A stretch of 64,000 nucleotides of DNA, from assembly GCA_050575255.1 (NCBI GenBank), contig JBNZDD010013678.1, forward strand, positions 3,839,405-3,903,404, read 5' to 3'. Below are positions 23,801 to 37,085 of the stretch, in pieces. The notes below the pieces were generated by a model. The model had not been told where the DNA came from. It did not search any database and saw only the letters and a list, made by a program, of their open reading frames with translations. This DNA is from Harriotta raleighana (lineage: Eukaryota). Position 1 is the first letter of the stretch. The number at the start of each line of letters is the position of its first letter. The position numbers and the translations under genes were made by a program.

Positions 23801-26773
23801 TCCAAAAAACAACTTCGTCCAAAGCTCTCTCTCTCTCTCTGTGAATTTCCAGACACGGCGACGTTCTTTCAAAATCCCAAAGGCGATTTCACTGTAAAGC
23901 GAAAAATCAACATTGTAATTCGTCTTTTGAACACAATAATTCCCACTGTCCCTTATTAGGCCTGGAATACAGTACACAGACAGGCCGAGCAAAGTTTCAG
24001 TCTCATAGGGGACATTAGTCTGGAAGCCTTACTTTTTTTTACACACCCCCCACTCTCCACTGAAGAAACCATAGTATTTAACTGAGTGATTGGTAAGAGC
24101 CCCCGGAGCAGTCAGTACAGGACAAAGACAGTATTTCTTCCATCGACTGTCAGACAGGCGAAGGCGACGAGGTTAGATTTATGAGTGTTCGACATATTCG
24201 GTAGAAGGAGTCTTATGAAACATATTCCACTCGCCGTTAGATATAACAACTTGGACGATGTTGCGTTTATAATTGATTCCCCTCCCCGCCCCCAATTGTT
24301 AGACCCACATAGACAAACTGTACAGTGCGGCTGGATAGCTGAGAACATGACAAGCGAATTAAGGTTTGGGAAATATAAATAGAATTAAATGAGGAGCCGT
24401 GCAAACGCACAACCAATCTAACATATGTTTAACTAAATATACATTTGCTCCAGTTGCCAAAGCTATCGCAAGCCATAAGGCGCAGACATTGTCTCCTCTA
24501 TCTGATATAATGCTAGCCACAGTAGTACATATACAATATATACTATACACACATAAGAAATGCAGCCCTGAAAACGGCGGATAACACAAACATGGTTGTG
24601 TTAATTTACAGCAAAAGCTCCACATCCTGTACTACTAATGGGTGACTATAAAGCCTATTATTACAGTTGTAACATTGTCCTTGGAGAAAGGCCTGGGTTG
24701 GAATTGTTTTTGCATTAGTTTCACTTTACTGCTCTTGACTGTCTTGGTAATGCACGGATATAGCACATACAGACAACGGGGGAATACAGGCAGACAAATG
24801 CCTTCATCACTGAACACTAAAGGAAAAGGACAAATCTATTCTAGTGTTGTATGAATTCATTTCCTGGTACAGTATAGTATTTCCGTCAAATATATGTTCC
24901 GACCAGACATGAAGGGAAAGGGAGCGATCAAATAACACGTAAAAAGTAAATACAATGCATAAATCGATATACAAAGGAAGCGTTGCTCGTGATTACAGTA
25001 CATGTTCATGAAAAGTGTTTCCATTTTGCTACAATCAGATAATTACGGGCAAATAAAATTAATTCTGTTACATTTGGCAGCCCTAACGGATATTAAAAAA
25101 AGTTAAAAACAGGCCTGACTCATTACATTGCTTCAGAGAATCACCCTTCCCCCAACACACACACACACAGACAGACACACACACACCACAGACACACACA
25201 CACAGATGATCTTGATGATACGAATTACAAACAGTATTTATAATCCGCCGATCAATCAAACATTTTGCATCGAAAAATGAAAGCCTGCTTTTTTATTAAA
25301 TGTTATGATTATCGTCCTTGGGAGATTTCAGCATCTCCGCAGCCCAAAACAGTTCTGGTTGTTAAACCGAATGCTGCGAGTAACTCAACAGAGGCTAGAA
25401 AACGCCAGCCTTTCACAGGATACGAACCAACCAAATCCTGTAATGCTTCGTGTACATCATTCGTTTTTGGGGGGGCGAAATTTAACAACTAATTTATGAG
25501 CCTATTTTCTGCAAAGGTTAATTTAAAAAATGCTCTCCCCTCGCACATTTGGAGGTTATGGCAGACCAGAGAACAACAGCATCGTAAATAACAGGAGCAG
25601 TCAGATCACTGTTCATAATGCAGTATAACAAACCAGCAATGAAGTTCAATGCACTTTACCTCTTCGCCAGCATTTAACTCGTCGAAACATTGCACATTTG
25701 GTGATACTCCAACTATCCGAGTTGTTGGCTGAACTAGACTAAACGGAAGGCATACAATTTATCTGATTTCCAACACAGTTTATGCTGGCATTCCCACAAC
25801 CACTCAATTTAGTGAGCAAATAACTGTAAACAGTGGTGGGGTGTCTGTAATTTTTTATGGGAGTTTTTTTTTGTTATAAAAACAATATTCGTTTCAAAGT
25901 TTTTTTTACAAATTATGAAGGTAAATAAATACCTTGCAGTTTACCGCATTGCTGATGTTTTACGAAAAGATACAAATGTGGAGAAACAGGAGCTGTGTGA
26001 TCATCTTTAGCGACAATTAATATGTGTGTGTGTTTGGGCGGGTGGGGTGAGAGGCGTCATAAACTCATATGTGAGTTTATATTATTATTATTTTCCTAAG
26101 AATACAATTGCGGGACCCCCGCAGGAGAAATCCAACAAACTGGAAATTTGAGTTTTTAAAAAAACCTAATTTAGAACCAAAAAAATCGTTGTCCGGGTTT
26201 TTCGCGCATAATGAACTGATTAAAATGAATATTTACCTAAAGTACACCGTGCATCAGATACAAAACAAATTGGTTCTAATTGAACTGACCAACATCCCCC
26301 ACAACACATGTAAAGTTTTACCAACACCATATTAAATATATTAATATATTATATATTATATTCTAATATGTTATATTAATTTAAGCACTAAAATAAAGGC
26401 AACCCATTTTTTTTAAAGAGGGGGACTAGCTGTAATAACACAAACACACATAAAACGTTTGTCAATCAGAAAACTGTGCCTGTATATATGTGTGTGTATA
26501 TATATGTGTGTGTGTGTGTATTTGCGAATAAAACAATAAAACATCTGTATTTTGAAGAAGCATTTTATGTCCCGAGCACTTCGATACATACAACACAACT
26601 CATTTCGGATAACAAAAAATATATCGTTTTACAATGACTAACTATTTTTTTCTTACGTAACAATTTGAAATGTTTATTCTGTTTCGAAAAGGGGCGGGTG
26701 TTTATGGTGTAAACCTTTTCGGGACATTGTTTTTTTGTTGTGTGTTGATGTGTAAACTGGCTTTCCGCGTGTA

Positions 26774-26791
26774 TATCAGCAGGAGGCGCTG
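26774..26791 (+). promoter_or_regulatory. Candidate CTCF site just upstream of HoxD5 (Hox5|6 boundary position)
   Basis: TATCAGCAGGAGGCGCTG versus the core CCAGCAGGGGGCGC. Confidence 0.55.
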
Positions 26792-26857
26792 TTGGACAAG
26801 TCTGGCAAAATCACAGCCAGTTTTCTGACTGCATGAATTACCCCCAGGTCAGCCACC

Positions 26858-27034
26858 AAAATTTACGACTGGTCAACAAAATCACGTGAGCCAAACTTGT
26901 GCCCCATATTTGGTTGCCTACGTAGGAGGCAGAGAAATGACATGTCCTTTATTTCCATATTTCATTATATATCGTGCAGTCGAGTGGCGAATAAACGTCT
27001 AAGAACCACAAATCAAAGCCCCCCTAAAAGGCAG
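26858..27034 (+). promoter_or_regulatory. Hox5-type promoter and 5' leader
   Basis: TTTACGAC...CAACAAAATCACGTG...CCCCATATTTGG...CCTACGTAGGAGG...CCACAAATCAA resembles recalled HOXA5/HOXB5 leaders. Confidence 0.7.
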
Positions 27035-27533
27035 ATGAGTTCCTACTTTCTAAACTCCTTCTCAGGTCGCTATCAAAATGGCCACGAGTATCAGTTGCAG
27101 AGTTATGGAAATGCTTCCCCTCTGGGCGAGCATTTTGGAGAGCCAGCGGTGCTCTCCACCAGGTATGCTTACGATTACACCGGGATAGACCTCAGCATCA
27201 CGCGTTCTCACGCAAATCAGTGTGGAGACGATGAAAGGTCTGCCAACTGCTTGCAAACAGCCAGCAACACTTTCCATAACTCATCTGGTGCGAAAAATAA
27301 GTCTCCCGACACTGCATTCTTCTCGGGATCCTCACCAAGCCCAACACACAGTGCTAAGACTGGGGCTACTCTCAGAGCACCCAGTCACAGCTGTAGCCAG
27401 GACCCATCGCCTGTCACCGATAAGCATCCTGAGGAAACCAGCAGCCCCAAACCTGAAACTGGACAACTAACGCAGGACCAAGTACATCAGACGCAAATAT
27501 ACCCATGGATGAGAAAGCTGCACCTTAACCAAG
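27035..27533 (+). CDS. HOXD5: HoxD5 exon 1
   Basis: [21 protein letters not shown]...[10 protein letters not shown]...[13 protein letters not shown] (Hox5 N-terminus and hexapeptide). Donor CAAG|gtatgc, phase 1. Confidence 0.92.
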
Positions 27534-27924
27534 GTATGCTGTCTGCCAACATTTTGCTCCGTGATACTGACATATCTGTCCACCTTGATGAAATCTATTA
27601 TGGATCCAGGGTGAAAAAATATTCCAGCAAAACCCCTCCAAAATTTAAGACCCATCATGTAAAATTCTATATAACGGGGGTAAATCATTTCTGAGTATAA
27701 ACCTGTCAGTTGTGACAATGTTATGCAACACGCCGCTTTCTTTATGGGGGAGGGAGGGGGGGGGGTGCAAGTTTAAAATTCTTGGGATGATAAATATTTG
27801 TCATTGTTATTCTAACCTCTTTGAATGTATTTGTCTATTCTCGATCTACGTTTGAAAAGTGTGGAATTTCACAATGGAACTGTGCCGATACATCCATGTA
27901 ATATGTCTTTAACCTTCCTTTAAG

Positions 27925-28175
27925 AAGGCTTAGGTGGAACAGAAGGCAAAAGAACAAGGACAGCTTATACCCGATACCAGACTCTGGAGCTAGAGAAAGA
28001 ATTTCATTATAACAGATACCTTACACGACGCCGGCGGATAGAAATCGCTCAAGCTTTGTGCTTGACTGAAAGACAAATTAAAATCTGGTTTCAGAACCGA
28101 AGAATGAAATGGAAAAAGGACAACAAATTGAAAAGCATAAATATCACCCCTCCAGGAGCAGGATTTCAGCCTTAG
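27925..28175 (+). CDS. HOXD5: HoxD5 exon 2 (homeodomain); absent from the ORF track
   Basis: Acceptor ccttcctttaag ends at 27924. Translates (E)[82 protein letters not shown]; KDNKLKS...FQP is a group 5 signature. AATAAA at 28794 and 28811. Confidence 0.93.
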
Positions 28176-29714
28176 ATGCCTCACACAACTGGCTATGTTA
28201 ATATCATTATTATTATTATTATTCAGATGATCTCTTCATCTGTAAGAAGAAAGGTTGCTTAGGCAAGTATTTAATGGAGTGCTTCTATTCGGACTATGAT
28301 AATACGTTGGTATCCACCTCCCAAATCTGGCCCTCTGTACCTACAAGAAATAATCTGTGTAGAACTAATCAATTGTCCCCGCAAATAATAGTGATGGTTT
28401 TATTTTATATTTAAAACATCCACGCTTACATTCGAAATGTAGGAGAGAGGGAGTCGAAAAAGAGTGGTCAGCAGTTGTGAAGTAAGACATTTGTCTTTAA
28501 AAATGGAGTGAATATGTGTTGTATATTTTGTTGCTGTACAAGCAGAACCCGTGTTGGATAATAGCTTTGCTAAGTGTATAATTTAATAATATTTTGCAAA
28601 ACCTAGGTCAGAATTGTTGTACTTTGTTTCTACATTAAATGCAATTTTCTTATTATTGCTTGGAATGCCGATGGCACCAGTGTCGCTGTGGCCCCAGGTA
28701 AATTTTGTCATGTATATTCTGTATATAGGATGTTTAAATGTCTACCAATATCTAATGTAAATGAAAGGATTGGTGTTTTGTCTACAAGTTTGAAATAAAA
28801 CGGTTTTAACAATAAACATTCCACTTGGTGTTTCGTTTAGCTGCAACCAGCTGTATGATTGGACTATCAATTGGTTGCTTGTGAAGGAACCAAATAGGTT
28901 GTCACATTCATACACTCTTCCCCCCTCTCTCTATCTCATCTGCTACCAAAACACTTCCATAACTTGTCACCATGTTTCAGAAATCAAAACATTTCCTTGA
29001 AATGAGTCTTCTATGAACGTTGAAATGAAAATACTTCCGTTATTTTTGGCCAGAATTTCGGGCTGAATTGATGTTCATTTCAATAATTCCCAACTGTACA
29101 TATATCCTTCTGTAGGTACTGATATACCTTAACTACAGCCATCAGTGGACGTTTAATGCCTAACCTCATAAAGTGTCCAATGCAAGACACTTTTGGGTGT
29201 GGTTTGTTTTATTTCAACAAATATTCTCGCCAGGATGTACTTAAAAGATCAATGAAGTTTACTAACAAATCTTTTTAAGCTTCCATTACATTGAAAGAGC
29301 TATCGGGTTTAACTGCAGGGAGGTTTTACAGCTAGCAGTAAACACTAATACGTTTTGGTGAAGAGACAAAACACAAGAAGCCAGCTCACAAAGAAGCCAG
29401 GACAGATAAACAGAAAGTTGTTTCCATCCTCGATTACCGATTTGACTGTGGCTCGAAATATATACATGTGGTGTATTTACACTTACCAGGTCTAATCGAT
29501 CCATTGAGTTGCACAAGAGGGACCAGGAATAAGTTGCCACTTGAAAGTAACTTATTCTGCAAGGCACGCAGTCCTCCAGGTGCTCAGATGCTTAGGTTTT
29601 TTTTATTACTGGGAGAACTTTTCGGTGACATGGCCGCTTTTAGTGAATAAAAGTTTAAAAGTTTAAGGGTTACTTATATGGACGCCACAGAGCATCGTTC
29701 TGACTGGCTATGGA

Positions 29715-29934
29715 GGGGCACGTGATGCCATTAAAGTTTGTTTTATGGTTAGGGGAGTTGACAAGCCAAAATATAATTCACATCATATATTAGGTTAAGA
29801 GCAGACAAGTGCAGATGGTTAGTGTTTTCGAGAGGGTCTGTGGAAAGTGACACCAAGAATCCAGCTGCCCTGTTCGCCCGCTATGGATTGGTACTCTCCC
29901 GGTGTCTTTTACCTTTGTATTGGAAAAGCAGCAA
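29715..29934 (+). promoter_or_regulatory. Putative distal promoter and non-coding first exon upstream of HoxD4/miR-10b
   Basis: CACGTG (29719), TTTTATGG, TTGACA and TATAAT, followed by the donor CAA|gtaagt at 29934/29935. Confidence 0.45.
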
Positions 29935-32900
29935 GTAAGTTCTTTCTAATCTGAACAAGGCTACAAAACGCGTGACACCTGATGTCATTCGGGCTCTTGG
30001 GCGCATGTAATGAGTCCCCAAAGAAAATCTCACCAGAGGAGAGAAAAAAACAGTGGAACGTTAGTATACTATTAAATAAGTAGTTGCACTGATGAATGTG
30101 AAAGAAATTTCAGTTCTGAAAACAATGTTTTACTACTCTTGAGTAAACATGATTGCAAATCTGTTGCTATACAAGCATGTAACATTGCAAATATGCTATC
30201 CCAAGTAAGATCGCGAGCTATACTTGTGTGTAACTGTTAACCTGAAGGAATTATACAAGTGAACTCATTTTGTAGATTTGATATTTCAAGCACTTGATAT
30301 ATATATATATGTATATATGTATATATATATATATGAAAAAAGACAGGATATTGCATTGCAGCTAATGATTTAAAAGGAGTTCCTCACTGAATTGATACTG
30401 AAAATAAATAAACGCCTTTCATTCTGTGTAACACGCAATTCTAAATTTGAAAAGTTCAATTCAAAATTCAGATGGGGGCGGGGAAGTAAAGTAATTATGC
30501 CAAGTTATACACGAAATATAACATAGCTTCAGTGTTATAATGCTTAACTGGTTAGAAATTAATCCCGGGGAGAACATATAAAGTACCGGCGTTGAGTCTT
30601 GTTGATTTTTTTTCAATTTACATACTATTCTTAAGATTTTTAAAATTTGTTGATGTTCGTGTTTTGTCTGGAGCCTTAAGCGTTTTTGATCGATTGTATT
30701 CTAAGCATACCCACTGATAATACAGAAGAATTGCAAAAGTGCTGCTAAAATTGACGTTTAATATTCAGTTTATTTAAATATCTGTTCGGTTTATTATTGG
30801 AATGAAATGAAATTCGCACTGGTTGTATTGCATCTGCGGTTAGTGATTCACAGAATTGGAAATCTAAAAAAAAAGTTACACCGTGACATTCCCCACATAA
30901 AGGTAACAGAAAATGTGTCTGATCTGACATGGCGGCATCAAAGAGAGAGCGAAAACATGGAATTATAAACAGCACAACAGTGAGCTTCGAAAATAGTCTA
31001 TTCAGAGCAATAACACTATCTGAGTTAATGCATATCAACCACGACTAGGTCTAAATACTGCTTGGAATTAATATTGTTTAAAACCCAAGGCCTGCCTGTA
31101 TATATGGGAAGTTCTGCAATAGAAAACAAATTAACTTTTTGTACACGATTTGGCAGACTCTGACTTTTATTGAAATAACTTTCGGTTGATTGAATGTTTG
31201 AAGAGCAGCGGACTTTCATTTATTTAAAATCAAACCCAAATAAAAAACATGAATAACTCGAAAATCGTTGACGTGAACGAGGTCAGGCGTCAAATAGAAT
31301 GGAAGATTTCCCCGTGCTATCAAATCTGAATTAAACTAGAATTGGTAAGATAAAGAAACACAACAAACACATCGAAATAAGATTGACCGAGTTCATGGGA
31401 AGGATGTAGGCGCGTTTAACGGTGGACTAGGGCTGATTTTTAAGGATCCGATCATTACAAATCGATATTTTATTCAGAGATTTGTCCTGATAACCTCAGC
31501 ATAAAGTAACGGATTCTTTTAAAAGTTCAATTGAGGGTCAGGGTGGCCGACAAATGGGAGGACAAACTGTAGAATGCCAGACTCGATTTCTGCTCAGGAC
31601 AATTCAACAGCGAATTCGAAATACCCTAAAAAAACAACAAAAAAGTAGAGGTTGGAGTCATAATATTCAATAGGATTACTCTTTATATCAAGTAAATTAT
31701 ATGGTTTATCCCCACCCCCCCCCCCTCCCCAGTAACCAGGGGAAACGGTATAAATCTCCACATGACCGAATTACACTTGGTGTGAAGAATATAGTTCCAC
31801 ATTGTTCTGTCACCATAAGCTATTCATCACCCAAGAAAAGTTTTCAAAATGCAATCGTGAAACAAGTTTTACCTGAAATCTTATGAAGTAAACAATTTTA
31901 AACTGCTACGCTATTCGTTCACAAGATCCACCTGGATCCCTGTATTCTATGCTGAATTTTACGCTTCAGTTGGTGTTGTACTTTAGTTTTGACTTTTGAA
32001 CCTAATTTCGATTTTGTTTTACTGCAGATCTGACAGTATGGAGAAGGCGTTACAGTAAGTAATCATTTGTTTTTACTCAGTGGTCTGTTGGATAATTGAA
32101 GTGGATGATTGTTTGCAATGCAATGTTCGTGCGTGATACAGTATTGAATTGTTGACATACTGGCTTTAGGGCCTGGCAATCTGAATTCTAGAATGACTTT
32201 AGTAATGATTATCGTTATGTTATTTAATGCTTTGTGGTGTTCAGGTTTAATCTATGAGACTAGATGAATGAATAGTGTTGTTGCTTCCAGTCTTTGGAAA
32301 ATAAACGGAAATCCTTTATAAGAGTACTTACAGAGAAAATATTACTTGCAACTAACTCTAGTTAACTTTGACCGCATAGATTCACCTAGTCAGATTTGGT
32401 AGAGTTTGTTTAACCTCATCTGGCAACACAACACAGCGCCTCCCAGTGCAAGGATGCACTCTCCTTAAAGGGCATCGAGAGCAAATGTATTTCAATAACA
32501 ATTGCAAAAAATAGTTTAGTGAGTAACAATGATGAGAACAGATATTCAAAGAGAAATCTTGGATGCACGAACACAGATGCAAAGAAAGTATATGATGGGG
32601 ATTAAGGCTTTACAGATTCCACAACTTCTGAAAACGTATAGGCCAAACATTAAGCCTCTTGACTGGCTGGGCGGAAAGTCAATATACCTTTAATTTAATA
32701 GACTGGTTCTTTTTTCTTTTGCTATTTTGGGTACTTGTAGAATTTACAATTTCACTTTGCTTCGTTTAAAGTCCACGGGTCTGTCGAATAATTTTGCAAT
32801 AAGACAAATCTTACTTATTGTGAACTTTCGTTTATTTTAAATGGAAACCAGTGCTGTCATGGTACCCATCCCCCCGAATAGCTTCGAATTGTTATATTAC

Positions 32901-33833
32901 ATTGGAAATAAAGAAAAAAAAGATTTACAAACCGGTTCACGAACCATCGTTTCACACCGTTACTTTTTTAACAAGTGCAATCAAGAGGAAATGGTCAAAA
33001 CAACACACTGGTGAGAACAGAATGCATCTTGCGCCTTACAAAAAGATCCAGTCCTATTGTTTCAACAGGCCTACAAACAACATTAGTATTTCATTCAGAT
33101 ATTACCAACCAGCAATGCACGTTTTCAGATTATAACCTCTCTGTGTCAGACATAATACTTGTTTCTCTTCATTCATTTGAAGTTAACTATTTCCTCGCTC
33201 ACTTCAGAGAATCCTATCACGCTTAGAGATACCAATCGCAAACCACTGCAGTTAATTGATCTCCTGCACAATATTCCAAACGCTCTCACATAGCGGCGTG
33301 ATTTTCTGATGAGAACAAAATATCCAAAAAGAAAAAGCCAGGGCTGACTTTCAATAGATCCACAGAATGTTTTAACAGTTCATGAGGCAACATGCACTCT
33401 CCGTTTCTCCATTAAGCCTATGGAATGTGCGTTGATAAATCATAAAGGGAAATCGAGACTGGAAAGAAAATAGGTCTTGCCTTATCTAGAGCTGACTTCT
33501 GCTGGAAAATAGCTTTGCTGGGTCACTAGAAAAGTGAACTTTGAAAGATTTCAGTTGTGTATTTTTTTTAAAACCTCGCTGTAGTGCCATATACATTTAT
33601 TTCGACAGGCTGTGGACTCTTAATGTTTTTTCCTCTGAATCTTCCAATCAAAGAATAAATATGGGGTTCGCTTCTCAAACGTTTATTTTCCACTGACATT
33701 CACTTGGTCGAAATGTGCTAGATCAAAAGTTGCAGCGTTTGTGTGGGCAGTTGAAAAAAAAGAGGTGAATTTTAATGGGGTTTGTTCATCAATAACTCTT
33801 TGGCATTGACCTGTCTGAGCGAGTCGAGGAGTA

Positions 33834-33850
33834 AGGTGAAATACAGGTCA
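33834..33850 (+). promoter_or_regulatory. DR5 retinoic acid response element 5' of HoxD4
   Basis: AGGTGA-aatac-AGGTCA; matches the recalled mouse Hoxd4 5' RARE (AGGTGAaatgcAGGTCA) in sequence and position. Confidence 0.88.
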
Positions 33851-35563
33851 CAGCGTCTCACAAATATTAAAATGTGCAGCAGCAATTGGCTGCACAAATG
33901 TGCAATAATTTGAAATGTAAGGAGATTTGGACCTGGAATTGTCGGACAATGTTACAGTATCTGGGTGTATTGTTTGCAATTAAAGTTTTAAAGGCAGAAA
34001 GAAGCAACAGTATTGCCTACTGCTTTCGTTGGCGCCACCGTTTGTCGAAAGCTGTTCAAAGCTGATTTTCATTCCTAATGCTCTGGGCAAACGAAAAAAA
34101 AAATCCACAGGTAAATAAGCTCAAACTTTTGCGGACGATATGGATTCTGACGAACGTAGAATGATTAAACGTAAACGCTTTGGGGGGTGTTAAAAAGACT
34201 AAAATGTATAGATGTGACGAGTTGTAGAGGAACAGTTCAGCTGCTCTGTAATAAAACTCAGTTTAACTGAGACCTTTGTCTTCTGCGTACAGCAGAGAAA
34301 ACAAGTCACAGAAATCAATAAGGAGCCTAAATGCAGTTCAGGGTGGAACTGGCTAATGTTACACTGTTCATCCACGGAGATCAAACGGTTTACGTTTTTA
34401 ATAAGATCTGTAAATTGTGAAACACACTTACTCCATTTCGTTTGCCGTAGTTTCTAATAGATCTCAGGCTGCCTCTTGCATTTCACGACTGTGTAAATGG
34501 CAAGATAAAGACACAACCGCTGTGGTTCTCAGCAGATCAGTGAGTTCAGGAAAGCTCTATAGACTTACAGAAGGTCATAAGTGCGACGGTAGCTAAACTG
34601 CAAATAATAATGAAACTTTCCGATGTGTTTGTAAATGATTTCAGCCTGACCCCTTTGCCCTTCAGTACTCTAACCCACAAACGCGTGGACACTACAGAGA
34701 GTTCAGGGACAAATGAAAGTGAAGAACCTGCAATGCATTAAGAGTTTAGGAACCACCTTGTCCTTAGATCAGATAGTCGACATGTTTCAGGCAGAGCAGT
34801 GCTGGTTTGGCGGCAGATTGCATTGTGCCTTTTCTTGTATACGAGGCGAGAATGGGTTTGTTTTTGATCTCACATGGTTTCAAGCAAACAGTGAGGGTTA
34901 TCAGCTGATCCAGCTTCTCGGAAGTGGATCATCTGAGAACGAAACAAACAAACGTTACCATCCTGAGCTGTTATGAGTTTAAGGATATCGTTAATGACTT
35001 TAAAACGATTCTGAAAACCAATATTTGTGCAATTCTGTATCAGTTGCATTTGATTAGCTTTACGAATTATTTAGACCCAGGCAAAATTTATTAAAAACAT
35101 CCTGCGGTTTGTTAGTGGTGAGTTCAAATTATTAGCATCTGGAGTAATTATTGAGTCATGCTGGGGCACTTAGTAATGTTAGCTGAAGCGGATCACTACA
35201 AACTGTCTCTCCTATAAAACCTCGCTGAAATACGAAGGATTTGCAAACATAGTCACAACTGTTAACTTCTGGCTTGTTGACTGCATGTATAGCCCAGCTC
35301 TGCACGCTGCTTCATGATCTGCTGCTGCCGAAACAATTCAAATATAATAATTTGCAGCCATCTATATAGTAGGAAATTACTTATATTTACATTCTAATGA
35401 TTAACGCCAGTGTTATATTAAAACAGCTTCTCTTGAATACTATCTTTCTTGTGCATAAATGATACACGTGATTAACCCCTGAGAGAATGCTTGTTGCTGG
35501 ATCTGCTGAAATCTGATTTTTTTTTCCTATTCTGTACATAATGCATCGAACTAATTTGTAATC

Positions 35564-35646
35564 CGTCGTCTATATATACCCTGTAGAACCGAATTTGTGT
35601 GATGTTTCGGTCACAGATTCGTTTTTAGGGGAGTATGTGGTCGATG
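35564..35646 (+). ncRNA. MIR10B: miR-10b precursor; mature 5p at 35577-35599 (TACCCTGTAGAACCGAATTTGTG), 3p arm about 35613-35634
   Basis: Exact mature miR-10b sequence, a complementary arm, and the canonical position between Hox5 and Hox4. Confidence 0.97.
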
Positions 35647-36963
35647 CAAACACTACGAAAATTAGAAATTCGGTGTCTTTCCCTGTCCAGATTAATTTAG
35701 GTCCAAGTAAAACAGAGCCATATGATTGGCGATGGCCTATTTTCATATTTGAACCAGTCATTAATATTAGGTAGGAAACCATCAAATCTACCTGCTCACA
35801 GCAAATGCTCGTTTGTGCTCTCGTTTCATTATAAATATGATGCTAAACATGCTGTATTACTTTTAATCTTGTGGATTTTTCTCCCTGGTGAACATGAGAT
35901 TGCAAACACTTAAGTATTTCTTGCTGAATGTTTCTCGTTTCCATGACGATGACAATTCCTTGTCTACAAAGATATTCGCTCACAGTTCTACACCCCCCGT
36001 TTGTTGCAAATACGATTCTCTCGAATTAAATCGAACCAAATGCGTGTTTTATTAAAAAGCCCTTTTTAAAAAACAACAACTGAATTGTACGTATTAAAAT
36101 AAAATACAGTTTGATATGACATCAACGTTATTGCGTTTCTTTTTTCATATGAAAAATAAGATGTGCTGAGATGAGAAAGATGTAAAAATAAGAATTTCGC
36201 AGTCGCCACTTCCAACAGATTCGAGGAATAAATATTTCCGAATGAAACAAGGTAATACAAGGAGAAAGCTCTGTGTTCCACGATCCGGAATTAGTAAACT
36301 TTCAGACCGAATCAGTTTTGACCTTACAATGTCCTCAAGCAACACGTGTAACAAAATTCCCTGCGTGAATGCCTTGTTCTAGCTTCAGTGGGAGTATATA
36401 CCATGTTTGTCTTTGAATCTCTTTGCCCAAAAGACACTCTCTCGTCTGCAGCAGCCTGAATTATTATCCCTCAACTCTGTTATTCCATTTTATTTGGGGC
36501 TAACTAGATGTTTCCTTTGTCACTCTGTGTGCGTTGGACAGCCAATTGTTCCCCCCCCCAAGTACCCTCTCTATTGTGAAGCTCCTCTCGGAAGAAGATA
36601 ACAAATATTTTTCCAGAAATCAACCCAATGTTTACCATCCTTTATTTGTGTCAAAAGGGGCCAAGGGATGGTCGCAAAAAAATGCTCTTGGATAAAATAG
36701 CAAATTACCTGAGCAATATTCGGGCGCTCAATGGGTTGATGCCTATTCCCTGCAACTAGAAGCGACCTTTTTTTTAACGTTTATTTTCCTGAAATACCAG
36801 AGAGCACTTGCCGCAAATAAACACGAAGCAAAACAAAACAAAAACAAACAAACCCCAAAAAAATGTTGCGGGATTTATGATCAAAATTCAAGGTTTTCGG
36901 GACGAAGTTTGTGAAAATTTGTCATTAGCTGTTTCCTTATCCGGGAATCGGGCTCGAACCAGC

Positions 36964-37085
36964 CATTGGCTCTCACAGTCACATGGGTGACTAACTTTAT
37001 TCAGTTGACAGCAAGTAGGAGGGCTTTATGGAACGGGAAAAAAGACAACTCGAGAAAAATTAGTATTTTCCACCTTCAGAAATTA
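36964..37085 (+). promoter_or_regulatory. Hox4-type proximal promoter/leader with a splice acceptor at 37079
   Basis: CATTGG...TCACATGG...TTGACAGCAAGTAGGAGGGCTTTATGG...TTTTCCACCTTCAG|AAATTAATG. Confidence 0.7.

Noticed and set aside
24851-24865. ATGAATTCATTTCC as a HoxD6 start remnant (MNSYF-like)
   Set aside because: Match too short and no Hox6-like leader or downstream similarity.
25496-25510. ATGAGCCTATTTT as a HoxD6 start remnant (MSSYF-like)
   Set aside because: Needs a 2-nt deletion, lies too close to HoxD5, and is explained equally well as a TTTATGA site.
17960-26700. Degenerate HoxD7 or HoxD6 homeoboxes
   Set aside because: No ELEKEF- or WFQNRR-like trace found by eye; TBLASTN is needed to exclude them.
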